Shown: positions 63,074 to 64,000 of the stretch, in pieces
How the letters are laid out: every line of letters starts with the position of its first letter
Position numbering within the stretch: the first letter of the stretch is position 1
Origin: Mobula hypostoma
Lineage: Eukaryota
Assembly (NCBI RefSeq): GCF_963921235.1
Contig: NC_086109.1
Coordinates: forward strand, 16,060,001-16,124,000
Direction: 5' to 3'
Length of the DNA: 64,000 nucleotides
Program-made: the position numbers and the translations under genes
The notes under the pieces: model-generated
Told to the model about the DNA's origin: nothing
The model's database searches: none
The model's input: only the letters and a program-made list of their open reading frames with translations

Positions 63074-64000
63074 ACTAATCAAGAGTCTTTCAACCTCTGC
63101 CTTAAATATATCCAGTGACTTAGCCTCCACAGCCACCAGTGGCAAAGAAATCCACAGATTCACCTCTCTCTGGCTAAAAGAAATTCTTCCTTATCTCTAT
63201 TCTAAAAGGACACCCTTCTATTCTGAGGCTGTGTCCTCTGGTCTGAGACTCATTCGCCATAGAAAAAATCCTCTCCACATCCACTCTATCAGGGCCTTTT
63301 CAACATTCGATTGGTTTCAATGAGTTCAACCCTCAATCTTCTGAATTACAGTGAGTAGAAGCCCAGAACTATCAAATGCTCCTCATATGACAAACAATCT
63401 CAGAATCATTTTCATTAACCTGCTTTGAACCCTCTCTAATGTCAGCACATCCTTTCTAAGATAAGGGGCCCAAACTGCTCACAATACTCCAAGTGAGGCC
63501 TTACCAGTGCTTCATAAAACCTTAATATTCCATCCTTGCTTTTATATTCTAGTCACCTTTGTGACTGTGTACAATGTTGGTCTCCTTATTAAAACATATT
63601 TCATACTTAGCATAAAAGTAGTGCAGAAGATTCAAAAGCTAGTTCTGGAATGTAGAGTTTGCCAAATGAGGCAAAATTGAATTGGTGTAACCTTTATTCT
63701 TCTGAAAGTTAGAAGTACAAGAGTTGTTCTAATTGAAACATAGAAAATTCTTCATTTAAGGTTCATTTATCCATTATCAAAGTGTACATCTCTGAATTTC
63801 TTCTTCTCTGGGTAGTCACGAAACGAAGAATGAAAAGTAAAACAGCACAATCATCAACCCCCAAATCGCACCTCCCCGCAAAAAAAAACAAACAAAAATG
63901 GAACAGGCATATCAACCGTCAAATTCCTGCTCCCCGCACATAAAAATAAACAAAACGGAACGGACACATCAATCCCCAAATCCCCCTCTCTGTACAAAAA

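Overview
Repeat-dense vertebrate intergenic or intronic DNA, most likely from a cartilaginous fish (a ray or shark, inferred from its CR1, V-domain SINE, Rex1 and Penelope repeat complement). I found no recognisable host protein-coding exon. The recognisable ORFs are transposon-derived; the rest look like chance ORFs. Main contents: (1) a near full-length CR1 LINE (37227-41253) with an intact zinc-finger/SGNH-esterase ORF1 and a disrupted endonuclease-RT ORF2, plus many CR1 fragments; (2) about ten Penelope-like element (PLE) end fragments, several of them inverted/hairpin insertions with 8-15 bp target-site duplications (TSDs), carrying minimal hammerhead-ribozyme motifs, including an intact motif inside a perfect 83-bp-arm palindrome at 32092-32264; (3) a two-LTR retroelement (31806-34089, TSD GATCA) with four nested pieces; (4) six TG..CA solo-LTR-like elements with 4-5 bp TSDs; (5) Tc1-like composite elements and MITEs, a hAT MITE, Rex1, RTE and L1 tails, and tRNA-derived SINEs. 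The best candidate for an interesting system is the hammerhead-bearing PLE hairpin family. PLE hammerheads are a known class, so any novelty would lie in this family's architecture. TSD-defined boundaries were read directly; boundaries of decayed fragments are approximate, and all family assignments come from motif recognition, not database searches.
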